Of a stretch of 64,000 bases of DNA, positions 32,329 to 41,092 are shown in pieces. The number at the start of each line of letters is the position of its first letter. Within the stretch, counting starts at the first letter, position 1. The position numbers and the translations under genes were made by a program. The notes beneath the pieces are model-generated. The model saw only the letters and a list, made by a program, of their open reading frames with translations. It had not been told where the DNA came from and searched no databases. Source of the DNA: Alphaproteobacteria bacterium (lineage in GTDB: Bacteria; Pseudomonadota; Alphaproteobacteria; SP197); assembly GCA_965228895.1 (NCBI GenBank), contig OZ245842.1:4864001-4928000 (forward strand), in the 5' to 3' direction.

Positions 32329-33318
32329 TTATCCCAGTTGTTCGGCGATCAGAGTCTTCAAGTTGGCGCGAGGTCTGGCGCCCAGATGGCTGATCACCTC
32401 GCCCGCGCAGATCGACCCGTAGGATCCAGCGCGCGCCAGATCCTCGCCTGCCGTGTAGCCATAGAGAAAACCGGCGGCATAAAGATCGCCGGCGCCAGTC
32501 GTGTCGACCACCTTGACCGAACGGGCAGCGACAGCGTGACGTTCGGCGCCCCGGCAGATGACTGAGCCTTTTTCGCTGCGGGTGAGCGCCGCAATCTTGA
32601 CATCGGCGACGGCGCGGTCGGCGGCCTCGTCAAATGCCTCGACCTCATAGAGCGATTTGATCTCGTCCTCGTTGGCGAACAGGATATCGACCGAGCCGGT
32701 CACGAAATCCCGAAAGGCCGCACGGTGCCGGTCGACGCAGAACGGATCGGACAAGGTCATGGCGACCTCGCGCCCGGCCTGTTTGGCGGCGCTGGCGGCG
32801 CTGGCAAAGATCGCCGGGCCCTCCGGCGCGTCCCACAGATAACCCTCTAGGTAGACAACCTTGGACGCCGCGACCTCGGCGGGGTCGATGTCGGCCTCAC
32901 GCAGGCCGACGCAGGCGCCGAGATAGGTGTTCAAGGTCCGTTGGGCATCAGGCGTGACGAGCACGAGGCAACGCGCCGTCTGAGGCCCTGATGTTGCCAT
33001 CTCGCTCTGGAAGCTGACGCCCTGAGCCCGGATATCGTGGGCAAACACCTTGCCCAGGCTGTCGTCGTGGACCCGGCCGACAAAGGCGCCGCGTCCGCCC
33101 AGGGCGGCGACACCGGCGGCCGTGTTGGCGGCCGACCCGCCGGAAACCTCGATGCCCGGCCCCATGGCGGCATAGAGCGTGTCGGCCTCGTTCTCGTCGG
33201 TCAGCCGCATCGCGCCTTTGACCAGATTCTGCTCTTCAAGGAAGCCGTCGCTCGCTTCGGCAAGCACATCGACAATTGCGTTGCCGACGGCAAGCACATC
33301 AAATTTCGTATCGCTCAT
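32329..33318 (-). CDS. Adenosine kinase / PfkB-family kinase
   Basis: VGNAIVD, SGGSAANT, RTLNTYLGA, DILFANE.E, VDTTGAGDLYAAGF. Real start is 33318; the upstream ORF extension is a shadow of the amidase. Confidence 0.9.
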   Translation of the reverse strand: MSDTKFDVLAVGNAIVDVLAEASDGFLEEQNLVKGAMRLTDENEADTLYAAMGPGIEVSGGSAANTAAGVAALGGRGAFVGRVHDDSLGKVFAHDIRAQGVSFQSEMATSGPQTARCLVLVTPDAQRTLNTYLGACVGLREADIDPAEVAASKVVYLEGYLWDAPEGPAIFASAASAAKQAGREVAMTLSDPFCVDRHRAAFRDFVTGSVDILFANEDEIKSLYEVEAFDEAADRAVADVKIAALTRSEKGSVICRGAERHAVAARSVKVVDTTGAGDLYAAGFLYGYTAGEDLARAGSYGSICAGEVISHLGARPRANLKTLIAEQLG

Positions 33319-33456
33319 GGGATGAAGACGCTTTCGGGTCTGGACGTGGCGGGAGCCGGAGTATAGGACGGCTGCGTGACCCGTCCAGCGTTGCGGCGGT
33401 GGGGCTGGCTGGGAAACGATTCCGATGTCCGACAGCGCATTCTCTGGACCTCGATC

Positions 33457-34932
33457 ATGACCGATCTTTACCGTCTGACAGCACGTCAGGCCGTCGACCT
33501 GTTGGCAAAAGGCGAGGTCTCGCCGCTCGACCTGGTCGAAGCCTCGGCCGCGCGCATCGAAGCCACGGACGGCGCCATGAATGCCATGCCGACCCTGTGC
33601 CTGGACCGCGCCCGCGATCACGCCAAGGCGATCATGGCGGGCGAACGTCCGGCCTACAAAGGGCCCGGTGCGCTCCACGGCCTGCCCATGGCAGTCAAGG
33701 AGCTGGATGATGTCGCGGGCGTCAGAACGACCTATGGGTCGCCGATCTACGCCGATAACGTGCCCGAGCGCTCCGACATTATGGTCGAGCGCCTGGAAGA
33801 ACGCGGCGCCATCACCATGGGCAAATCCAACGTGCCGGAGTTCGGCGCCGGCGGCCAAAGCTTCAATCCGGTGCTGGGCGCGGCCGCCAATCCCTGGGAC
33901 CTCGGCCACACGCCTGGCGGATCGTCCGGCGGTTCCGGCGCGGCGCTGGCCGCGGGCCAGGTGTGGATCGCGACCGGCTCCGACCTGGGCGGCAGTCTGA
34001 GGATACCCGCCAGTTTCTGCGGCATCGTCGGGTTTCGGACAACGCCCGGCATCGTCGCCAAGGGTCCCGATCCTTACCCGTTCGCCGATCAGCCGGTCGC
34101 CGGTCCCATGGCGCGCAACGTGCCGGATACCGCCCTCATGCTCGATGCCATGACCGGCATCCATGAAGAAGACCCGCTGTCGCGGGCGGCGCCGGCGACG
34201 TCCTATGTCGATCAGGTGCTGGCGGCGCTTTCCAAGGGCAGCGCACCCCGGCGCATCGGTTATTCAGCCGATCTCGGCATCACGACCGTCGATCCGGAGG
34301 TCGACGCCCTGTGCCGCGCGGCAACCGATCGTTTCGCGGAATTGGGCTCGGAAGTCTGCGATGCCGCGATCGACTTCTCCGACGCCCCGGAGTCGTTTCA
34401 GACCTTCCGCGCACTCGGCTTCATTAACGGGCACGAGCATGAAATTGACGTCCATCGCGACAAGTTCAAACCCGAAAACATCTGGAACATCGAAAAGGGC
34501 CGTGCGCTCACCCGCGAGGAGATCAGCCGCGCGCATCGCATCCGGGGCGCCCTGTTCCACCGCATGCTCGCCTATTTCCGCGATCACGACGCGCTCGCCG
34601 TGCCGTCGACGATCGTCCCGGCGCTGCCGCTGGACATGCGTTACCTGCCCGAACTGAACGGGCGGCGCTTCGACAACTACGTCGACTGGATCATGATCAC
34701 CTCGGTCATCACATTGACCACCTGCCCGGTGATCTCGATCAACTGCGGCTTCACCAAATCGGGCCTGCCGGTCGGCCTGCAAATTGTCGGCCCGCCGCAC
34801 AGTGACGGCCGTCTGCTGGGCTGGGCAGCCGTGGCGGAGCATCTGTACGGTCTGGCCGATCAGGTGCCGCTTGATCCGCGTGGCGAGCGGGGCCGGGAAC
34901 CTGGGCCGGATGACGGGAGACATGTCGCATGA
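33457..34932 (+). CDS. Amidase signature family enzyme
   Basis: LHGLPMAVKE (Lys), GGSSGGSGAA and GSDLGGSLRIPASFCG (Ser-cisSer-Lys triad). Confidence 0.92.
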   Translation: MTDLYRLTARQAVDLLAKGEVSPLDLVEASAARIEATDGAMNAMPTLCLDRARDHAKAIMAGERPAYKGPGALHGLPMAVKELDDVAGVRTTYGSPIYADNVPERSDIMVERLEERGAITMGKSNVPEFGAGGQSFNPVLGAAANPWDLGHTPGGSSGGSGAALAAGQVWIATGSDLGGSLRIPASFCGIVGFRTTPGIVAKGPDPYPFADQPVAGPMARNVPDTALMLDAMTGIHEEDPLSRAAPATSYVDQVLAALSKGSAPRRIGYSADLGITTVDPEVDALCRAATDRFAELGSEVCDAAIDFSDAPESFQTFRALGFINGHEHEIDVHRDKFKPENIWNIEKGRALTREEISRAHRIRGALFHRMLAYFRDHDALAVPSTIVPALPLDMRYLPELNGRRFDNYVDWIMITSVITLTTCPVISINCGFTKSGLPVGLQIVGPPHSDGRLLGWAAVAEHLYGLADQVPLDPRGERGREPGPDDGRHVA

Positions 34933-35636
34933 TGATGGCGCTGACCAAGGCTTTCGACGACCTGCGCATCGCCAGGGTGCGCAACGTGCTGTGGCATGTC
35001 GTCGGCTGGACACTGCTGATCTTCATCATCCTGGGCGGGCTTCTGGCGTGGGGCGTGTCGAGCCTGGACGCCGAACGCTGGGTCTCCGACGACCCCGGTT
35101 TCTTCGGCGGACTTGTCAACGCGCTGGTCTGGCTGCTCTATGGCGTTGGTTACATCTTGCTCATGTGGTTGGCGTTCGCCGTCATCGCCCAGAACGTCGC
35201 GGCGTTCTATCTCGACCGCATCATCGGCGCGGTCGAAGACAAACGTTATCCCGAACTGGGACCGGCCAAGGGGTCGACCATCGCGACCGACATCTCCGCC
35301 ATGTTGCGTTTCACCGGCGCACTGGTCTTGTGGAACATCGTGGCGATCCCGTTCTACTTCATCCCGGTCGTCAACATCGTCGTCTTCTATCTTTTGAACG
35401 GTTATCTGTTTGGCCGGGAGTATGCCGAAGCGGTCGGCTTCCGGCGTCTACCAACCGCCGAGGTCAGAGCTTGGCGCGGCGCCAACCGGCTACGCCTGTT
35501 GGTCGCCGGCGCGTTGATCACACTCGCCTTTTCCGTACCGATCCTCAACCTTGCCGCGCCGGTTCTGGCGGCGTGCTTCATGACCCACATCTATCATGAC
35601 GTGCAGCGGCGCACCGGAGCGGTGCAGAATCGATGA
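34929..35636 (+). CDS. EI24/CysZ-like membrane protein
   Basis: Hydrophobic, with LDRII.AVE...YP, NGYLFGREY, PILNL.AP. ATGA overlap with the amidase. Confidence 0.8.
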   Translation: MMMALTKAFDDLRIARVRNVLWHVVGWTLLIFIILGGLLAWGVSSLDAERWVSDDPGFFGGLVNALVWLLYGVGYILLMWLAFAVIAQNVAAFYLDRIIGAVEDKRYPELGPAKGSTIATDISAMLRFTGALVLWNIVAIPFYFIPVVNIVVFYLLNGYLFGREYAEAVGFRRLPTAEVRAWRGANRLRLLVAGALITLAFSVPILNLAAPVLAACFMTHIYHDVQRRTGAVQNR

Positions 35637-36004
35637 TGCGGTTTGCCGCCCTTGCCTTGTGTCTGGCCGCCGCCGCATGCGCGGGGAATAAACAGGCCGA
35701 CACGGCGGAGATGTTAGAAATCGAACCGGCGATGTCGATCCAGTCGCCGGGTAGCAGCGGCGTCGGCCCCGATCAGTTGCTGCACAAAGCCGGTACGGAA
35801 GTCCGGACCATCCTGGGCGAGCCCGAGTTCATCTGGAGCGAAGACGGCGCGGCCATGTGGCGCTATCGCGGTTCTGACTGCTATGTCGATGTGTTTCTCT
35901 ATGAGGGCGAAGGCGTGACGTATGTCGATGTGCAGAGCCAGGGCACCGACGAGCGCGCCCGCGATGCCTGCTTCCGCACCATCATCAAACCGGCCGCGGG
36001 TTAG
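35633..36004 (+). CDS. Putative lipoprotein (hypothetical)
   Basis: Lipobox-like LAAAAC, LGEP, WRYR..DC.VDVFLY. Overlaps the upstream stop. Confidence 0.7.
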   Translation: MMRFAALALCLAAAACAGNKQADTAEMLEIEPAMSIQSPGSSGVGPDQLLHKAGTEVRTILGEPEFIWSEDGAAMWRYRGSDCYVDVFLYEGEGVTYVDVQSQGTDERARDACFRTIIKPAAG

Positions 36005-36039
36005 CAGGCCAGGCCAACGCCCAGCGCTCTCGTAGACAA

Positions 36040-36789
36040 TCAGCGCTTGGCTTTTTTGGCTGTCTTCTTGGTTTTCTTTTTCGCCGCCTTCTTTAGGCGA
36101 CCCGTTGCCGGCGGCGCCAGCTTGCGGCCTTTGGCTTTGACCGGTTCGTCTGCAGGATCAGGCGTCTTGTCCTTGAACGGACAACAGGTCTTGACGACAC
36201 AGTCCCAGCAGCGCGGTTTGCGCGCCAGGCAGGTGTAGCGCCCGTGCAAGATCAGCCAGTGATGGGCTGAGGGTCTCCAGCGATCGGGCACGATCTTTTC
36301 GAGCTTCTGCTCGACCGCCAGCGGCGTCTTGCCGGGCGCCAGGCCGGTGCGGTTGGAAACCCGGAAGACGTGCGTGTCGACCGCGATCGTCGGTTCGCCA
36401 AAGGCCTCGTTCATCACCACGCTCGCGGTCTTGCGGCCGACCCCGGGCAACGCCTGTAAGAGGTCGCGATCGCGCGGCACCTCGCTGCCGTGCTCGTCGA
36501 TCAGCTTTTGCGATAGCGCGATAACGTTCTTGGCCTTCGAATTGAACAGGCCGATGGTCTTGATGTGGCCGCGCACGGCATCCTCGCCCAGCGCGACCAT
36601 GGCTTCCGGCGTGGAAGCTTTAGCAAACAGCGCCGGTGTCGCCTCGTTGACGCTTTTGTCGGTGGCCTGCGCGGACAGCACCACGGCGACCAGCAGGGTG
36701 AAGACGTTGTCATATTCCAGCTCGGTCTTGGGCGCCGGAATGACCCGCTCCAGCTCAGCAAAAAAACAATCGATATCGGCCTTTTTCAT
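36040..36789 (-). CDS. nth: Endonuclease III with Lys/Ala-rich C-terminal tail
   Basis: LLVAVVLSAQATD, HhH motif LPGVGRKTA, AVDTHVFRV, 4Fe-4S motif C-X6-C-X2-C-X5-C. Confidence 0.96.
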   Translation of the reverse strand: MKKADIDCFFAELERVIPAPKTELEYDNVFTLLVAVVLSAQATDKSVNEATPALFAKASTPEAMVALGEDAVRGHIKTIGLFNSKAKNVIALSQKLIDEHGSEVPRDRDLLQALPGVGRKTASVVMNEAFGEPTIAVDTHVFRVSNRTGLAPGKTPLAVEQKLEKIVPDRWRPSAHHWLILHGRYTCLARKPRCWDCVVKTCCPFKDKTPDPADEPVKAKGRKLAPPATGRLKKAAKKKTKKTAKKAKR

Positions 36790-36800
36790 GGCCGTTATCC

Positions 36801-37275
36801 TAGAGCAGATCCCACCTCGATTGAATCGCTACGCGATGAGATTGAGGTGGGTGAATCTGCTCTATCATTCAAAAATCGATCGGATTCACACGGTCTGAGC
36901 GAACCGCTTTGCGGTTCAATCGGATCGTGATCCGATCGAAAGCAGATCCCACCTCGATTGAATCGCTACGCGATGAGATTGAGGTGGGTGAATCTGCTCT
37001 ATCATTCAAAAATCGATCGGATTCACACGGTCTGAGTGAACCGCTTTGCGGTTCAATCGGATCGTGATCCGATCGAAAGCAGATCCCACCTCGATTGAAT
37101 CGCTACGCGATGAGATTGAGGTGGGTGAATCTGCTCTATCAATCAAAAATCGATCGGATTCACACGGCCTGAGCGAACCGCTTTGCGGTTCAATCGGATC
37201 GTGATCCGATCGAAAGCAGATCCCACCTCGATTGAATCGCTACGCGACGAGATTGAGGTGGGTGAATCTGCTCTA
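36801..37275. repeat. Tandem array of the bipartite palindromic element: 137-bp period, A-B-A-B-A-B-A
   Basis: AGCAGATCCC recurs at 36804, 36941, 37078 and 37215. Units are near-identical (about four point differences). A arm 36801-36864, B arm 36876-36939. Confidence 0.95.
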
Positions 37276-37357
37276 TCGTTTGGACGTCGATTATCTCCTG
37301 TCTCGTTGGCCAAGGTTGATTTTGAGGTTGCAAGGCGTCGCCGTATAATCCCCCTCT

Positions 37358-37876
37358 ATGACGACATCCGACGCCATGGGCACCGCGCGCCGGTACTATT
37401 TCGATGCGGTGCTGACACCCAACCGCTCACTGTCACGCCGTGGCTTCTGGCTGCTGATGACGGTTCTCGTCGTTGTTTTGGGCAGCCTTGGGCTCGCCTT
37501 TGCCACACTGGGCGCGTGGCCGGTCGCCGGTTTCTGCGGGCTGGAGGTGTTTCTGGTCTGGGGCGCTTTTCATCTGAACTACAGGAGCGGCCGCACGGTC
37601 GAATCGGTTCGCTTGGACGATGACGCTCTGACCGTCACACGGGCGGTGCCGCACCGCCCGGTCAAGTCTTGGCAGTTCCAGCCCCATTGGGTGCGGGTCA
37701 ACATGGATGACCCGCCAGACCATGACAGCATGCTTCGACTGTCGTCGCACGGACGCACGGTCACGATCGGCAGTTTCCTGACCGCCGACGAACGCCTGGA
37801 AGTCGCCCAGGCACTGCGTCAAGCGATTGAAGACTGGCGCAACCCAACGACGAATCGCTGGCAAACCGCGAACTGA
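37358..37876 (+). CDS. DUF2244-family membrane protein
   Basis: FDAVLTPNRSLS..GF, GAWPV.GFCGLEV, IGSFL...ER...A..L. Confidence 0.88.
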   Translation: MTTSDAMGTARRYYFDAVLTPNRSLSRRGFWLLMTVLVVVLGSLGLAFATLGAWPVAGFCGLEVFLVWGAFHLNYRSGRTVESVRLDDDALTVTRAVPHRPVKSWQFQPHWVRVNMDDPPDHDSMLRLSSHGRTVTIGSFLTADERLEVAQALRQAIEDWRNPTTNRWQTAN

Positions 37877-38135
37877 GATCGCTTCCAATTATCCACCGGA
37901 AAACGCCGTTGACAGCGCATTGACGTTGAATTCACGGTTGTATTTCGTAACAATCGCATAGTTGTGATTGAGGTCATTTTATTCGCGCCGGCTCTCGATA
38001 TAGTCAGCCTCACGTTCGTATGATCTGTGCCCAGACCGTCCACCGCCTCGTGCGGCCGGACGACTTGGGTGGGCGCATGCGACGTGTTGGAAACTGGAGA
38101 CACCGGGCAGAGCGCGACGAATGGGATAATCGGGA

Positions 38136-39047
38136 TTGAACCGAAGCGATCTACCACGCATTCGTCGGATGACCTGGGCGGATGCCGTCTTTGCCCTGAT
38201 CTGCGCGACCGGTTTCGGCGGTTCGTTCTTGTTCATCAACGTCGCGGTGACCGAGATCCCGCCGATCACGCTGACCGCCGCCAGATCCACCATATCGTTT
38301 GTGGCACTGTGGTCGGTGCTGCGGCTGATGGGGCTCAGACTGCCGCCGTGGGGTCCGATATGGTGGTGGATCACCGCGCTGGGTATTGCCAGCCTGGTGC
38401 TTCCCATGGTGCTGGTGTCGTGGGGCCAGCTCCACATCGAATCCGGCCTGGCCGGCATCATCATCGGCTTTGTGCCGATCGTGACGTTTCTTCTGGCGCA
38501 CGTTTTTTTCCACGACGAGCGCTTCACGCCGATGGGTTTCACCGGCGTCTTGATCGGATTCATGGGCGTAATCGCGATTATCGGGCCCGCGGCTCTGTTC
38601 GATTTTGGCAACCATCTGCTGGGCCAGATCGCGACCTTTGCGGCGGCCGTCAGCATCGGTGCGGCCAACATCATCGGCCGGCGCATCAGCATGATCGGGC
38701 CCATGGTGATCGTGACCGCATCCCAGCTCGCCGCCGTCGCCTGTCTGGTTCCGCTGTGTCTGATCGTCGATCGCCCGTGGACGCTCGAACCCAGCGGCAC
38801 AGCACTGGGCTGCCTCGTCATCATCGGGCTCTTCGGCAGCGCCCTGCCCGGTTTTCTGTTCTACAGGCTGCTGGTGCGCGTCGGTGCGACCCGCGCCTCG
38901 TTGGTCGCGTACGTGGCGCCCATCGTCGCGGTCGTCATCGGCGCCCTGGCGCTCGACGAACGCCTGCCGTGGAGCGCGCTCCTGGGCCTCGTGCTGATCT
39001 TGATCGGCGCCTACATCGTCAACCGCCGTGCCGGGCGGGCGCTTTAG
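38136..39047 (+). CDS. DMT/EamA family transporter
   Basis: About ten hydrophobic segments in two EamA repeats; TTG start (uncertain). Confidence 0.88.
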   Translation: MNRSDLPRIRRMTWADAVFALICATGFGGSFLFINVAVTEIPPITLTAARSTISFVALWSVLRLMGLRLPPWGPIWWWITALGIASLVLPMVLVSWGQLHIESGLAGIIIGFVPIVTFLLAHVFFHDERFTPMGFTGVLIGFMGVIAIIGPAALFDFGNHLLGQIATFAAAVSIGAANIIGRRISMIGPMVIVTASQLAAVACLVPLCLIVDRPWTLEPSGTALGCLVIIGLFGSALPGFLFYRLLVRVGATRASLVAYVAPIVAVVIGALALDERLPWSALLGLVLILIGAYIVNRRAGRAL

Positions 39048-39105
39048 GGCCGACCCCGGATTGATGGAACCTCAAACGGTTCCACCAAACCACGAACCGC
39101 TCTAG
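39045..39105. repeat. Degenerate solo B arm of the palindromic element
   Basis: TAGGGCCGAC...GGAACC-tcaaa-CGGTTCC...AACCGCTCTAG, starting at the DMT TAG stop. Confidence 0.6.
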
Positions 39106-39107
39106 CG

Positions 39108-39257
39108 CTAGCCGCCCGCGGACATACCGCCGGCCAGTCCCAGGATACCGGCAATGATCAGATAGGCCGCGACGATGTAGTTCAAGAGGCGCGGAAAGAT
39201 CAGGATCGCGATCCCGGCAACCAGCGATATCACGGGCGACACAATCAAGACGTTCAT
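39108..39257 (-). CDS. Small membrane protein, DUF3096 family
   Basis: MNVLIVSPVISLVAGIAILIFPRLLNYIVAAYLIIAGILGL; AGGAG RBS upstream of the ATG at 39257. Confidence 0.85.
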   Translation of the reverse strand: MNVLIVSPVISLVAGIAILIFPRLLNYIVAAYLIIAGILGLAGGMSAGG

Positions 39258-39312
39258 GGGTTTCTCCTGGATCTCGGCACGCGCACCGTTGCGCGAACAC
39301 CAAAAGAATTTA

Positions 39313-40119
39313 TCAGGTGAAGCCCAGAACGTCCGCCATGCCGTAGAACCCGGGCTTGCGGTCGACGGCCCACGCCGCCGCCTTGACCGCGCCACGCGCA
39401 TAGATGTCGCGGCTGGATGCCCGGTGGCCGATTTCAATGCGCTCGCCGTTGGCGGCGAAGATCACGGTGTGGTCGCCGACCACGTCGCCGCCGCGCAGCG
39501 CCGCCAGTCCGATGGCGCCGCGTTGGCGTTCGCCGGTCAGGCCGTCGCGGCCCCGATCGGCGACATCGGAAAGCGCGACGCCGCGACCTTCAGCTGCCGC
39601 CTCGGCAAGCGCCAGAGCCGTTCCGGAAGGCGCGTCCTTCTTGTGCCGGTGATGCATTTCGACAACTTCGATATCGAAGTCCTCGTCCAGCGCCGCCGCA
39701 ACCTGACGCGTGATCCCCAACAGCAGGTTGACGCCCAGGCTCATGTTCGCGCCGAACACGATCGCCGCATCGTCGCCGGCCGCGACCATGGCGGCGCGGC
39801 CGACATCGTCAAAGCCGGTGGTGCCGATCACCAACGCCGTCCCGGTCGAGCGCGCGAGGTCAAGATGGCTCACGGTCAGCGCCGGTGTGGTGAAATCGAT
39901 GACGACATCGGATGCACCGAACAACGCGGCGGGATCGCCGGTCGCCTCGACGCCGATCGGCTCCAGTCCGGCAATCGACGCGACATCGCGTCCGACCGCG
40001 TCGCTTCCCGGACGCACACTGCCGCCCGCAACGGCCACGCCGGACGTCGCGCCGACCGCTTCGATCAGCGTTCGGCCCATGCGTCCGCCACAACCGGCGA
40101 TGCCGACGAGAACTGTCAT
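39313..40119 (-). CDS. dapB: 4-hydroxy-tetrahydrodipicolinate reductase
   Basis: GCGGRMG, VIGTTG, EMHHRHKKDAPSGTA, RGGDVVGDH. Confidence 0.96.
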   Translation of the reverse strand: MTVLVGIAGCGGRMGRTLIEAVGATSGVAVAGGSVRPGSDAVGRDVASIAGLEPIGVEATGDPAALFGASDVVIDFTTPALTVSHLDLARSTGTALVIGTTGFDDVGRAAMVAAGDDAAIVFGANMSLGVNLLLGITRQVAAALDEDFDIEVVEMHHRHKKDAPSGTALALAEAAAEGRGVALSDVADRGRDGLTGERQRGAIGLAALRGGDVVGDHTVIFAANGERIEIGHRASSRDIYARGAVKAAAWAVDRKPGFYGMADVLGFT

Positions 40120-40150
40120 GACTGTTGTTTAACGCTTGGTGGTGCCGGCG

Positions 40151-40963
40151 TCACCCGTCGGTTTCGCCGGTGAAGGCGCTGAGCGGCACCGCGACCTCCG
40201 GGTCCGAACCGGCTTGCTCGGCGGCCGCTCGGAACTGGATGTCGCCATAGGCGAGGTACTCATCGAGAGTCAGGGTCCCGTCGCCATCGACATCGAGCCC
40301 AGCCCACATCTCAGCGAGGCCATGGACGCCCTGCTCGCGCGCCTCTTCTTCCGTCGATGCGGTGGTGTGGGCACGAAAGGCGGTGAACTCCGCCGGGCTC
40401 AGATAGCCGTTGCCGTTGGCGTCGAGGGTCGCGAACACACGCGCGGCATCGTTGGACACCTCCTCTAGCGAGACGAAGCCGTCGCCATTCTGATCAAGCG
40501 TGTCGGAGCTGCCGGCGATATCAGCCGTCGCCATGCGATAGGCTTCAACGGTGATCGGCTGGCCGGCGGAATCGATGCTCGTGTAACGCGCCTCAATGGC
40601 CGCGAACCATTCGTCGCGTGAGACCTGCTGATCGTTATCCCGGTCGACGGCAAAAAAGACGTCGTCAGAGCGCAACACCGTCGACGTGCGCGTCACGGTC
40701 ACAGCACCCGATCCGACCCGGCACAAGGTGAACTCCTCACGCGTTACCACACCGTCTGCGTTGCCGTCCGACAGCAGGAAACTCTCCATCAGCGACAGCT
40801 CGGCCTCGGCGCGTGTGACCCAGCCATCGCCATCGGTGTCGGCAACCGCAAAGACCGCGCCACAGGCCGTCTGCATGTCGCGAATAGTCGTTGTCTGGTC
40901 GCTAGCCCAGACAGATCCGGCGGCGAGCGAGGCAAACGCCAAGGCCGTCAACAATGTGCGCAC
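40151..40963 (-). CDS. Secreted multi-EF-hand protein (six EF-hand-like loops)
   Basis: Signal peptide, then DTDGDGWVTRAE, DGNADGVVTREE, DRDNDQQVSRDE, DQNGDGFVSLEE, DANGNGYLSPAE, DVDGDGTLTLDE. Confidence 0.85.
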   Translation of the reverse strand: MRTLLTALAFASLAAGSVWASDQTTTIRDMQTACGAVFAVADTDGDGWVTRAEAELSLMESFLLSDGNADGVVTREEFTLCRVGSGAVTVTRTSTVLRSDDVFFAVDRDNDQQVSRDEWFAAIEARYTSIDSAGQPITVEAYRMATADIAGSSDTLDQNGDGFVSLEEVSNDAARVFATLDANGNGYLSPAEFTAFRAHTTASTEEEAREQGVHGLAEMWAGLDVDGDGTLTLDEYLAYGDIQFRAAAEQAGSDPEVAVPLSAFTGETDG

Positions 40964-41092
40964 GGTGCATCACCTCATGGAGTGATGGATGTCGATGTGA
41001 TGATGAAGCGGATGGTGGCCGAGGCCAATGGCGAAATCAGGGCGGGGTGGTGATGTCCCGTGTTGCGGTCGTTGCCAACCCACTCCCACAAC

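Noticed and set aside
33319-34164. Apparent 281-aa N-terminal extension on the adenosine kinase
   Set aside because: It overlaps the amidase on the opposite strand, and the kinase homology begins at MSDTKFDVLAVGNA (33318).
36801-37275. CRISPR array interpretation of the tandem repeat
   Set aside because: The segments between repeats are near-identical rather than unique spacers, the period is 137 bp, and there are no cas genes in the window.
37183-37623. 146-aa ORF starting in the array (also 36329-36898 and 36565-36930)
   Set aside because: These are translations of repeat DNA that overlap nth or DUF2244 in other frames and show no recognisable domain.
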